64,000 nt of DNA from Mytilus californianus (Eukaryota), in assembly GCF_021869535.1 (NCBI RefSeq), contig NW_026262593.1, positions 14,694,001 to 14,758,000 of the forward strand, read 5' to 3'. The position numbers and the translations under genes are program-made. Numbering within the stretch: position 1 is the stretch's first letter; each line of letters opens with the position of its first letter. The notes below the pieces were generated by a model. The model ran no database searches. It was not told the origin of the DNA and saw only the letters and a list, made by a program, of their open reading frames with translations. Below are positions 49,601 to 61,600 of this stretch, piece after piece.

Positions 49601-51169
49601 TAAGCGGGTCCTTCAATTCTGAATTCTTTACTTTTTAGCTATTTTCCTCTATTCTACACAAATTTTGTGCGTTATTCTCTATTCTATATATGTTAGCACC
49701 GAAGTATTTCCTATTCCTTATATTATTGGCATGTTTTCTCTATTCTTTATATTCTACCCATTTATTTTGCACTTTTCCCCTTTATTCTGTATCAGGAAAC
49801 CCCATCTAGACCCGCATATACATCATGTCTCTTTCTATATATAAATACTTAATCATGATTTCTTTGTACATTAATGGTAACATACATTATATCTCTTCAT
49901 TTTACAGCTAGCTCAAAGGTAATGTCGAGCTATCATGGTTTAGGAGATGACACGCTCAAAGTTGACACGTACTATATTCCATTTGATGCAGGACATTTTA
50001 CCATGTCATTGACTACGAAAGGATGCGCACCAGTATCAGAAAGTTTCCAAATAAACGATGGCGTCTTCAATATTGGTTTCATGGGACTTACAAGTGGCAT
50101 AACAGACCCCTCCGTGTTCGAGTTGCCTTCCCCTTGTAAGGAGGGGTCGATGAGAAAGAGAGTATGTATAACACCAGCATCCTTCTAAGCATCCAATCTT
50201 ATTTAATAAATCCCTCATAAAGTTCAACATATACCAGATCATTAAACTTCATGTTAACAATTCAATTCAACTCAATACTTCATCTAAGTCTCATTTCTCA
50301 ATAATATATAATACAACATTACATCAAGTGGAACATATGGGTATCGTTCAGAGAACCATTTTGTACAGAATTATAAGAGACTGTAGCTCTATAATTATGT
50401 ATGGCATTAATAAAAGAAAGATTTTATAACCCGATACCAGTACCATATTCAACCAGTGAGAACACCAAACTTTTCAGATAGTTTTGAAAAGACTGTATGA
50501 GGAACATAATAATAACATGAAAAAAAAAACCCACAGATACAAATATAATACGATAAATCTATCAAGTAAATATTTGGAGATAGCTGATTTCTGTTAGATT
50601 TATACAATATAATGGAACAAGTAGAACCAATTACACATGTGCAACATGGAAAGCAGGATATGTTTACCCTTCCGGAGCACCTTGTGTTGGTCAGGTCTTG
50701 TCTTGTTGTGTTTTGTGGTCTGTTTATCTTTTGATCGTTTTTCGTGTTTGGCTTTGACGTTGTCAGTTCATTTTCGACTTGTAAGTTTGATTATCCGCCT
50801 TTCTTTTACAAAGGCAATATAAAAAAAAAATGCATTAAAACCATGTTCTTACTAGTATTTGTCATTTACTCGCAGGTAGATGTTAAACAAAAGTACAAGT
50901 TTAAATGTAATCTTGTGCTGTCCTTATGTAACATATAATGTGTTTCTTTAGACTTACGCACCCAAAGCGATTGGCAGCCATTGCAAATAAAAGCTGAATG
51001 CTGATACTATAAGTTTTCTTCTTTTTGAAAGTTATATCAAATGCATACTATTTAAAAATCAAAGGCATACATATATGTGTGTTGTATATACGTTGATAAT
51101 GATTCACCAGAACTGTCAGTTTATTTTCTTTTTCAGGAAATACGACAGTCGCCATTCGTTCCCATCTGA
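43631..51169 (+). CDS. EPDR: Ependymin-related protein, copy B (5 exons, 209 aa)
   Basis: Exons 43631-43768, 47260-47373, 49110-49200, 49908-50161 and 51137-51169. Exon lengths are identical to copy A, the frame is intact, and there are ~23 aa differences. AATAAA at 51298. Confidence 0.9.
43951..45462 (-). mobile_element. Helentron-type non-autonomous element with ~490-500-bp tandem units
   Basis: End GACGACGAC...GCCAAGTGATGGCATAATCTCACATGGGGCCCTTCGGGCCTCGGTTAGCTAAA. Units start at ~43952, 44451 and 44942. Absent from the paralogous intron of copy A. Confidence 0.7.
46190..47105. mobile_element. Element with a long hairpin at each end, inserted in EPDR-B intron 1
   Basis: Hairpin ~46193-46290 centred on TGGCC-GGA-GGCCA and hairpin ~47047-47098 (TAGCCTTTG..GAGGTC/GACCTC..CAAAGGCTA). 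An internal tRNA-like GAGTTCGATTCCC motif lies at ~46520. Not in copy A. Confidence 0.5.
47810..48550. repeat. ~160-bp tandem array (about 4.5 copies)
   Basis: GGCCGATCGACT anchors at ~47838, 47999, 48160, 48319 and 48478. Confidence 0.85.
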
Positions 51170-53315
51170 TGGCAAAGAACGACGAAGCTTGCTTATTCAA
51201 CATTGTATATAACTTCTCTGAAATCAAATGGACCAATTCAATACTTTTTTCCTTTTCAAGTCTACAAATTATGAACACTTTAACCATGTACAATTAAAAT
51301 AAACAATCATTTACGTTTTATCTGCACACTACTTTAGTGTATTTCAATGAGTTATTTTTAATGTAATAAAACAATAGTATTTAAAACTTGATGTAAACGC
51401 AATTACGTCCAATTGTCATTTAGCAGTTATCCTAGAAAAATAAAAAGCTGTATTAAACAGGAAATTGGTTCAGGAACATAGTTATTTATTAACTACGTCA
51501 ATGTTATATAAATGTATCTCTATCTGTTCGGTTCGGAGACTTGTAGGCGTTAAACAACAACCAAAAAATAAGATTCACCTAAGTGTACACAATGTACGCA
51601 ATTAATATTCAGAGGTAACGAAGTGAGATACAAGTCAAATTGATTAACTTTTTAGAGGAATTTAAACCAATAGAAATAAGAAGATGTGGTATGAGTGCCA
51701 AAGAGACAACTCTCCATCCAAGTCACAATGTGTAAAAAGTAAACCATTATAGGTCAAAGTATGGTCTTCAACACGGAGCCTTGGCTCTCACCGAACAGCC
51801 AGCTATAAAAGGCCCCAAATAACTAGTGTAAAACAATTTAAACAGGAAAAATAGCAGTCTAATCTATATAAAAAACGAGAAACGAGAAACACTTATAAAC
51901 CACATCAATTAACAAACGACAACCACTTAACATCAGATTCCTGACTTAGGACAGATGAAACGAATGCAGCGGATTTAGGTTTACTTTTTTTAACAGGCGC
52001 TAATATCTTCACCCTAACCTGAAGTAGTAGTGTAACATTGCAACATAGAAAGACACACTATAAAACATCAATTGAAATGGCTTAACTCAATCAAATAAAA
52101 ATATATAATCAGCGCCATGCACTTTCTACATCTTTACAAAACAGAAATTCCATACAGGACCACTAACACAGTATGTGACCTCTCTAACAGCTGAGTTAAA
52201 GAAGATCTTCATATGAACAGCTATCGTATGGCTATTTAGAATCTACAAGGTATGAGGATGCACCACGACGCTGCCTCGCCTCAATAGACATTTGATATTA
52301 TAATTACTATTTCCACCATTTTAATATATAGCACAACTCCTTTATTCAATGTTAGTTTTTCAGTCGGGCGCCCAACGTAACAGTAGTAGGGCATGTTCGC
52401 CTGCTATCATTAAGACGATTGAACTCAAGACCGCCAGAATAGTAAGCTAGCGTTCTCACGACTTGGGTAAACATGTTAAAGGAGCTAGCACTTTAAGTGC
52501 ATGATTGAGGGCTGTTATACAATTACTTGGTCGAAGAAAGAGTGCGTACATTATGTTTAAATAGTGCAATTAAAGCTTTTTATCGTTTCAACACTATGAA
52601 TTACGTTATATTAACATTGAATTCAAAATGTCAAATATTTGGTTAATGATCAAATCACTAAATGTCAAAACCTGTAACGATATACGTAAATATGTGTTAT
52701 GACATTCACTTGACAGTATAGTTTCATTATGATTATTTTTATCATCATCATCATACCGTAAAATTTTGGTTCAACTAAAAATTATTAAAGGTACAAATAA
52801 AACAGATATATCCAAAATGCTACAACGATTTTTATGCTGAATAAATCAATTAACCTAACCCGAATAATTTAGGCCCTCCCCTTTATCGTGGGTTTATGAA
52901 GTAATTGTAGATTAGCGGCTGAATATAAGGACTGAATTATTCGGGTTACAATTATATATATATAAAAGTCTAAATTGAAAACAACGTTCAAACCTATGAT
53001 TGCGTTGGATAAAAACCGCAATTTTTATACGTGTGCATGTAAAACAAATTTCTTGGTAGAGGGGTCTAAATACAGCACAAACAACAATTTCCAAAAGACC
53101 AAAAAAAGTGAAAAAGTCTATTTTAACAAAACGCATTTGACTAACAGGTCGAACAACTGATGTTCTTAAACCCTGCTGACTGCCATTGGCGATTGCCAAA
53201 TAAATTGATCACCAGATCTAACAAAATGGATCTTAATATTAATTTAATACCAAACAGAAAACAATAAACTTGTGGAAAAGATGGTATACCACAAACATGA
53301 GGTGCAAAAATTTGT

Positions 53316-53359
53316 ACACCATATCCGGATTTCGACACTTAATGTCTCTTCAGTGATGT
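53316..53359 (-). ncRNA. Type I hammerhead ribozyme, intact core (TCCGGA variant)
   Basis: Minus strand: stem I ACATCA/TGGTGT, CTGAAGA, stem II GACA-TTAAG-TGTC, GAAA, palindromic stem III TCCGGA. Predicted AUA cleavage after 53322. Confidence 0.7.
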
Positions 53360-53471
53360 TAGTGATCGAAACGGTATTTTATATATACTAAAGCAACAGT
53401 TGTTTAACAACGCTATTTAAATCTCTAAATTGATTAAAAAGACAAACCAATGTATAATTAATAAAAAAAAA

Positions 53472-53930
53472 TGAAAGAATCCAAAACGAGCGAGATCGGA
53501 AACGTCGGGAGTGTAAAATAGGAAAGAATCCAAAACGAGCGAGATCGGGAACGTCGGAAGTGTACAAAAGGAAAGAAACCAAAACGAGCGAGATCGGGAA
53601 CGTCGGAAGTGTAAAAAAGGAAAGAATCCAAAAACGAGCGAGATCGGAAAAGTCGGAAGTGTAAAAATGAAAGAAACCAAAACGAGCGAGATCGGGAACG
53701 TCGGAAGTGTAAAAAAGGAAAGAATCCAAAACGAACGAGGTCGGGAACGTCGGAAGTGTAAATAAGGAAAGAATCCAAAAACGAGTGTGATCGGGAACGT
53801 CGGAAGTGTAAAAAAGGAAAGAATCCAAAACGAGCGAGATCGGGAACGTCGGAAGTGTAAAAAAGGAAAGAATCCAAAAACGAGCGAGATCGGGAACGTC
53901 GGAAGTGTAAAAAAAGGAAAGAAAAAGAAG
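53472..53930. repeat. 49-bp minisatellite, 9 copies
   Basis: Unit GGAAAGAATCCAAAACGAGCGAGATCGGGAACGTCGGAAGTGTAAAAAA. The three overlapping minus-strand ORFs are artefacts of it. Confidence 0.95.
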
Positions 53931-54524
53931 ATACCAGAGGGGAATCACAAGTCTAATTAATAACATGACCAGAAATTAAAGGGGCATTAGCTGTCAAATT
54001 CATGTTCACCGATGTGACTCAAATTTTCATATTTGATTTATAATAACTTACTAAAATTATATCCAAATTACTTGCAAGTGAATAATTCATCACCGATGTT
54101 TCTTTGCTTAATTTGACAAAATTGAACCAAATTGGCTGCTAAAAGCGAATTATTATTTACATTATTTTACTTTTATTAATGATTGAAACAAACAAAATCA
54201 TATTCTATTTTTTTTTCATATCTCGTAGCTAATGCCCCTTTAAGGACGAAAAAACAATCAACAATAACAAAATATTAAATACAAAAGAAAACTACAGACA
54301 GTTCGCGAGCAACACGAGCATGCAAGTAAAAAATATCATGAGATGCTTTGACATTCCCAAGAAAAAAACGTTTCAGTAATATAACGCTACATTGGTGAAC
54401 AGAAAAAAATTAAATATATTACAGTGATTTAATTATTTTTTTCGTGGGTTGTTACCCTATGTATATTCTATGTATAATCTATGTATAAATAAAAACTGAG
54501 ATAATCGAATGATCTCCAAAAAAG

Positions 54525-54700
54525 AGCAGGGAACGTCGAGAGTGTAAAAGAAAAAAGAACGGGATCTGGAACGTCGAGAGTGTAAAAAAGGAACGGAATC
54601 GGGAACGTCGAGAGTGTAAAAAAAAAGAACGGGATCAGGAACGTCGCAAGTGTTAAAAAAGAACCGGATCGGGAACGTCGAGAGTATAAAAAAAGAAAAA
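54525..54700. repeat. 34-36-bp minisatellite, ~4.5 copies, related to the 49-bp array
   Basis: Unit GAACGGGATCGGGAACGTCGAGAGTGTAAAAAAA. Confidence 0.9.
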
Positions 54701-54759
54701 GAAGATACCATGGGGGAATTAGAAAATCACACGTCTGTACAAATCTCCTCTGAGGCACT

Positions 54760-55119
54760 TTCACCACTACTGCGCTATTTCGTGGCGGTAACTTTGTATC
54801 AGTGGAGGAAGCCGGGATGCTCTCAGAGAATCACCGACCTCAGGGGCGGATCCAGCCATTTTTAAAGGGGGTTCCAACCCAGGATTAAGAGGGGGTCCAA
54901 CCATATGTCCCCAATCAAAAGCATTTATCGTCAAAAAAGGGGGTTCCGGTGGTCTGTGGATCCGCCACTGGACCTTCAGTAGGAAAACTGACAATTATAG
55001 TCAATTAAGGCTGGAATCGAACGTACCTGCTACATGACGGATTCCCACTCACAACGTCAGTGTTGACAGGCTAGTGATACAATGGTTCGCCTACTTAGAC
55101 CAACCTTCACCGAGGCCCC
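54760..55119 (-). mobile_element. tRNA-headed SINE with a conserved central domain (V/Meta-type), interrupted by a MITE
   Basis: Minus-strand head GGGGCCTCGGTGAAGGTTGGTCTAAG and central GGTCGGTGATTCTCTGAGAGCATCCCGGCTTCCTCCAC, which resembles bivalve SINE cores as remembered. Confidence 0.6.
54841..54970. mobile_element. 130-bp MITE with a 5-bp TSD
   Basis: TIR CAGGGGCGGATCC...GGATCCGCCACTG with GACCT on both flanks. A related decayed copy lies at ~61448-61590. Confidence 0.8.
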
Positions 55120-55920
55120 GATTGTGACTTTGACTACCCTTATTATAGGTCTTCAGAGAAAATGGTGTCCGAAGCACTTTGGAATCGATATCAGACATTT
55201 ATATTCTACATAAGTCAAATGAATTTGCTTGAAATTAAATTGCTTCACTATTTAAATACAATAATGAAAATTCACTCGAATATAATGATTAGGTAGCAAG
55301 ATATATTTTTCTCTTCGTTTGCAGAGATAATGAAAACCATAAAATAGTTTTTTTTAATCATTTTACTACTGTAAACCTAAAGTTTAACAAAAAGCACAAA
55401 AAATTAGTAAAACATTCAGACTCTTTGTCTTTCCAACAAACATCGCATTAAATACCCAAAACTGACAAAAAATGGAATTGGGAATTTTCAACCCAGTCAG
55501 CCTCAACATAGCGGTTACAAATATCAAATCACTATACAATAACACAAGACATTTATTCTGAATAATACTTCTTTTTACGAGGATCATAAGAAAACACAAA
55601 GATGAACATAAGTGAAAAAGTCAAATATAATGTTATTGGGAATATCCGTATAGGAGGGTCTTCATTTAATTTGTTGGAGATATTTTCGCATTTACAAACA
55701 GTATCTGCGAAAATAACGCATATTCTGTAAAATTCTCAGATAAATAATTTTTTGCTTTTAAATTTATCCTTAATTATGGAATTACTTTATTTTGTACACC
55801 GTTCATTTCTTTAACAGTACTGTATAATCAATTCTTTTATTATCCAGTTATTGTTTATGCTGTTCCACCCAATTATTCTCTATACTTTATTTTTGTATTC
55901 TCAGTTTTCTCTATTCATTG

Positions 55921-55971
55921 TTTTTTTTTTTTTTTTTTTTTTTGTGGGGGGGGGGGGGGGGGGGGGGGGGC
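55921..55971. repeat. Homopolymer run T~25 G~26
   Basis: Seen directly. A similar poly-C + (CA)n run lies at ~58598-58650 and (TA)n at ~34003-34042. Confidence 0.9.
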
Positions 55972-56232
55972 AGTTATGTTCTATTTTGTAACCTCCATCC
56001 AATTCCTCATAAAGTTAATATAATTTCAATTTACAAAAGAAGTAGCATTAGTATGCAGTACAAAATGCTAACGGTTGAAAAAATAGGATGATCATGCATA
56101 TATGTATTGAATATTATTACTCACCTGGAACTTACACCATGTGACTAATCATAAGACATTTACCGGTATTTCTAAATATAGAGCGAGGAAGAAAATATAC
56201 CGGGTCGATTCGTAAATCTGGCAATACACAAG

Positions 56233-58596
56233 ATGGAAGTTAACATGTGGAGTGTACTCCTAGGTTTGCTTGTTTTCACAACAACTCCAGCAGAGACATC
56301 AACATGTTGTTTACCGCAAATGGAAGGGACATTAGGCTTCTCAAGCGGATACCAAGTAAAAGACAAGGGTTTCCTAACAGAGGTACGTTCCTTAAACACA
56401 GGTAGTTAAGGCATAGCCCCCCTTTTTTTGGCATTTAAAATTCTTCTATAAAATAAAATTTCTTTAGCAACTTTGTATTTATACAATTATCAGTAAAGAT
56501 ATAACAGTTTCTTTAGAAAATCCCAGGCTCTCGCGCATAAAATTAAAACAATAAGGGCAATTAGAGACCAAATTTAATCTTGAACGCATTGGTATGAACA
56601 AAATGTAGATGATCGAAGATTATGGAACGCCACAGCTGTCTTATGTGGAACTCTGATATTACGTTATGTTAATTTGTTCTGTTATTACTTGATGATAGTT
56701 TGTCTTTACATAATATGATTTTGACATTACGCAATGATGTTTTTATCGATATTACATGATATGGATTCGTATTGACTTGATATAGTTTTGTCATTACTTA
56801 GTATGGTTTTGTCTGTAACCGGAGAGCATGATTCTACTTGCAAAATCGCATGTCTCCACCGGGACTCGAACCCGGGACCTCTGTGTTACAAGGCATCGCG
56901 TTAACCGACTGAGCTAAAGAAGTACTTCCTTAGCTCAGTCGGTATACGCGCTGCCTTGTAACACAGAGGTCCCGGGTTCGAGTCCCGGCGGAGACCTACG
57001 ATTTTGCAAGTAGAATCATGCTCTCCGGTTACATTGTCGCCCAACAATAAAAACCCATGGTAGTTAGAGAGGATTTCTAGCTAGGGTATGTGTGTGAGAG
57101 TCATAATGGTAACTATGATGACTCTTGAGGTGGGGGAAGTGTGACGGGATTGCTTCCCTTCATTACTCGATGTAGTTTCACCATTATTTAATGTGGTTGT
57201 GTCATTAGGCAATGTGGTTTTAACATTAAATGATGTGTATGTGACTTGACGTGATGTAGTTGTTTCATTACATGATGTGGTTTTGTTATTTCGTAATGAT
57301 GATTTGCCGATTATTTATATGGCTTTAACATTACGTAATGATGTTTCAAAATTTGACGATTTTACACTACATGATGTGTTTGTTTCAGTATTTGATGTGG
57401 TCATGTCATTCTTTGATGTGGTTATGTAACAAAAAATTTGTTCATGCAATAATCATAAATAGTTTCTGACATACGGTTCGACATGCGACCCCCCCCCCCC
57501 CCCCCCCAACCCCCTTTTTAAAAAAAAATCAATATCTCTACAATTTTGAATCAAAACCAAAAAGTATACAGATCTTTAGATTAATATAACTAAGAAGTGT
57601 ATAAAATTTTAAGCAATAATCATAAATCGTATTTGACTCCCCCTTTTTTTACAAAATACTCAATAACTCAAAAATAAAATTTTGAATCATCACCAAAAAG
57701 TATACAGATCTTAAGATTAATATAACTAAGAAGTGTGTAAAGTTTTAAGCAATAATCATAAATTGTTTTTGAGATACCGCACGACATGTGAAAAAAATAC
57801 ACACACCTGTTTTAGTTACTAAGTCCCATAACTCAAAAATTTTTAATCTTATTTTCACCAAAAAGTATACAGATCGTTTGACCATCATTAGAAAGTGTTA
57901 CAACTATGTTAAGTTTCATGAAATTTGGATAAGTCGTTCTCAAGTTACGGTGCGACATGTTTACATCGGACAGACAGACGGACAGACGACATTTGTATAC
58001 CATAATACGTCCCGTCAAAATTTTGACGGGCGTATAAAAACAAATATGACACACATGAAACAACGACAACCATTGAACTACAGGTTCCTAACTTGGGGCA
58101 GGCATTTAAAGAAAGTGCACGCGGCGGAGTTTAACATGTATGTAAGCGCTAATCCCTATCATAACCGAGTGTATCATAGCACAGCATAAGAAGAAAATGT
58201 AAAGACAGTTTTGATTGGCTCAACTAAATAGATCAGTATGACTTGATAACATAAATCTATCAGTTGGATCTCGGATGCTTTGGAAGGGTAAGCGGATTCT
58301 GCTTAACTTGTGGCACCCGTCGAGTTATTCGTGAAAGTACAAACCCAGTGATTTTTTTTTTGGTAGTTTACATTCGAGTAAAAGATGACGGGATTGTGGT
58401 TACGACAACTGGAACCTATTCGTCGTCACCTTTGAAACAGATATTTCAAAAAGTTTTTTTTTTCAATTAGTGCGTGGTAAATCAGAAACTGCAATTAATA
58501 AAAAAAAAGTTTAATATTCATATGTTCAAATGAACATACACGCTAAAAAAAGCTGGAGAGTTCTTATTTTATAGAATTGATGCTTTGTTGCTTAGC

Positions 58597-58643
<47 letters not shown>

Positions 58644-61600
58644 ACACACATTTCCCTTTAACTTTATGTTCCAAATGTGCATAACAAGAGGTTTAAAAAA
58701 AATCTGCAAAATATGAATGATTCGATAGTCCAGGCTGAACACCTGAATTTTTTTTATGTCCAGCTATTATGTAACAATTTAAAGAAATGACGTTTTAACG
58801 CTATTTTCTGAATAGGGTCCACGACATAGTCGCTTATTATTTCCATTACACTGCTCTTAGCATATATTTATTTATATTTCCAGAATGTGCATATGCTGCA
58901 CTTTGATGTTAAAAAATAAGAAATATGTTGAACGTTTATGTTTAAAGCTTTGTGATAAACTAAGTGTCCAGTGTTTTTGTTACGCGTTTGTTTTCTGGGG
59001 AAAAATGCCGACGTCGTAAATGATTGAAGTAATTTGAAGACGTTACGTTTGTGGACTCAGCTTTATGCACACATCAAGTAATGTTAAAACCACATTGCCT
59101 AATGACATAACCACATAAAAAATCGTGGAACCACATCGAGTAATGACAGAACCATATTAAGTAATGACAAAACTATATCAAGTTAATACGAAATCATCTC
59201 ATTAAGTAATGACTATTCCATATTGAGTTATATCAAAACATCATTACGTAATGTCAAAACTATATTATGTAAAGACAAACTATCATTAAGTAATAATAGA
59301 ACAACATAACGTAATATCAGAGTTCCACATAAGACAGCTGTGGCGTTCCATAGTAGATGGTTACTATTTCGCTGTTGTGTGACGATAAATACAAGGCAGC
59401 CCAAGTCTACATTTTAGATTAGCTATATGGGTCATTTTCAAAAAATGTCGAATTTTAAAATGATTTAAAGTTACTTATTCATACAACCCTCGCTATAAGC
59501 AAATCAAAACAAACAGTACTTATAGAACAACATATAAAAAGATGCAATCTTGATAATGTCATACAAGAATATATTGAAACATTTTTTGATAGGTGGTGCA
59601 ATATTTTGTCTCTCCTGTTACCATGTTCAAAAGAAAATTCGGGTTATTTAGAAAAGGTTCCGATAAAATTTTAAGCTGGTTTTTCGTAGCCAATTAGATG
59701 GTTTTCAAGAGTAAAAACTTCTCTATATATTCATTCTGTGAAATAATAGATTATTTGCAAAATCTCCATGTTGTACTGAAAAACGCCTCTAAACATTGGT
59801 TTTAAAAGGTTATAAAAATAACCACCAGTAATGCAAGTCTAAGATAGCAATTCATAATATTCAGCTTTTTTCCTCTCTTTCAAGTAAACCCAACATCAAG
59901 TATATCCCTCACATGTTGGTTCACTTTTATTTTATTGGTAACAGGAACGTACGTTAATGATATATCACTGTATTAAGTTCTCTCCTGTTACCTTTTTGTC
60001 TATCCTTTTACCGATAGCAGTATTGCGTCTGCAAATGCTAAATTGCGAAGATTAAGAGTTAACACGTTATAAACTTTAGATGAGTTCAAACATATGTTAT
60101 TATAAACTTTGTAAAGACGTTTCTGTCTACTGTTGTCTATCATGTTACTGTAACCATAGCAACCATAGTAACAGGATACAAATTTCTTCATTTTTGAATG
60201 CTGTTGTGAAATAACTACTCTTCCTTTTGACAAAGTGATAATGTTTTTCTGTTGTGATTTTGGTTTCGAACACGTTATTGCACTTTTTACAAGTATATTA
60301 TTGGTGTAATTAATCAATATGTTGGTAACAGCATAGACATGAAAAAATTAAAAGTACGCGTACCCATTTTTTTTCACTAAATGTCTTAAAATTTCTTTTC
60401 TCTACACTGATATACAAGAAACGTGCTGTGTTAAATGTTTAGGTTACTTTGCGCTTTAGAAATCAACACTGATTAGTTCAATATTCACTGATAGGGAGAA
60501 CAATTTAACGGTTGATTTAAATAGCGGTAACAGGATGGACATGAACTTCTTGTACGCTGATTGAATTTAGTTTGTAGAAAAAAATGTTACATATAATAAT
60601 AAAGAAGCTGCGATTTCTAGTTAGAGTTATTAACGTTCTAAAAAAGTCTTTTTTTGCAGATATCAAGTCGATCAGAAAAAATAAAAAAAACATTTGAAAT
60701 GTGTTACTATGACACTGTACGCAAATAAATTACGCAAAAATCGGACTTAAATATATATATTATAATCTAATCAAAATAGATCTAAATCGTGTTTATTATT
60801 AATGTTCTGACTCATAAATCCCACAAACTTTCATTTAAACACTTACAACTGCATTTTCCATTAGAAATAAAAAAAATTAGCATGGGTGTACCGAAAATTC
60901 GACATTTTTTTAAAATGACCCATATGATCTGCATCATGGATCATCATGGGAAGTCGTCAACATTTTATTTATATTTATCAATCGGCAATCCTGGGCGAAT
61001 CCGCTACTCTCGGCCGAGTTGTGACGAATGTCTATTAATAACTCTTGGGGTGTACAGGTTTACCTAAATTAACTCTTATAGAATTCTGATATACAGTTAC
61101 TAGATTATAAGGTATTTTTGTCAATAAAAATGAGATACGCAAAATTTAATCGACCAAATATTGAATTGGTTACTAGTACAGTACTGACACATATGTTTAA
61201 CTATTATACATAATTATCATAAATAAATGACTTAAAATACATCTTGGGGTAAACGTCTCTATTGTTTTACCCAAACTTGATTACTATGGTTTCTACTTAA
61301 GCTTTCTAATCCACTAACCTGCAATTAAAACGGAAAACAATTTATTGCTGTAGTTTTGAAAAGTTTGCACAAAGGATTAGATAAGACAACAGCATCAAGG
61401 ACTATACAAAGTTTGACAGAGATTGAGGAAAGCCGAACATGTGTGTTGTGGCGGATCCAGGAATTTTCATAAGTGGGGGCCCACTGTGACTGACTGCCTA
61501 TGAGGGGACCCGCTCCAGTCATGCTTGAGTGATTCCCTATATAATCAACTAAATTTTCCCCACAAAGCCCCCCCCCCCTAAATCCGTCTGTATATGTGTG

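Larger units (their letters stand above)
56621..59352. mobile_element. Long-TIR element with internal ~19-bp degenerate repeats and several nested insertions
   Basis: TIR TATGGAACGCCACAGCTGTCTTATGTGGAACTCTGATATTACG at 56621 with its reverse complement ending at 59352. Flanks GAAGAT/GTAGAT (5/6 match). Confidence 0.75.

Noticed and set aside
53472-53930. CRISPR-like periodicity
   Set aside because: Units are contiguous with no unique spacers, the context is eukaryotic, and there are no cas genes.
53388-53966. Three long overlapping minus-strand ORFs (192, 87 and 139 aa), plus similar ORFs at 54457-54767
   Set aside because: They are translations of 49-bp and 35-bp minisatellites with stop-poor strands; no splice or domain support.
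56850-56997. Two tRNA-Thr genes
   Set aside because: Acceptor stems do not pair and the anticodon stems are imperfect; they are tRNA-derived parts of a mobile palindrome.
56809-57038. TTGTC as a 5-bp TSD around the palindrome
   Set aside because: Host sequence resumes only at 57162, as shown by the opposite TIR. The right-hand TTGTC overlaps the PBS-like motif.
60000-60317. 105-aa antisense ORF with SCYYGCYGY in EPDR-C intron 1
   Set aside because: No signal peptide, splice or repeat support; consistent with a chance ORF in AT-rich DNA.
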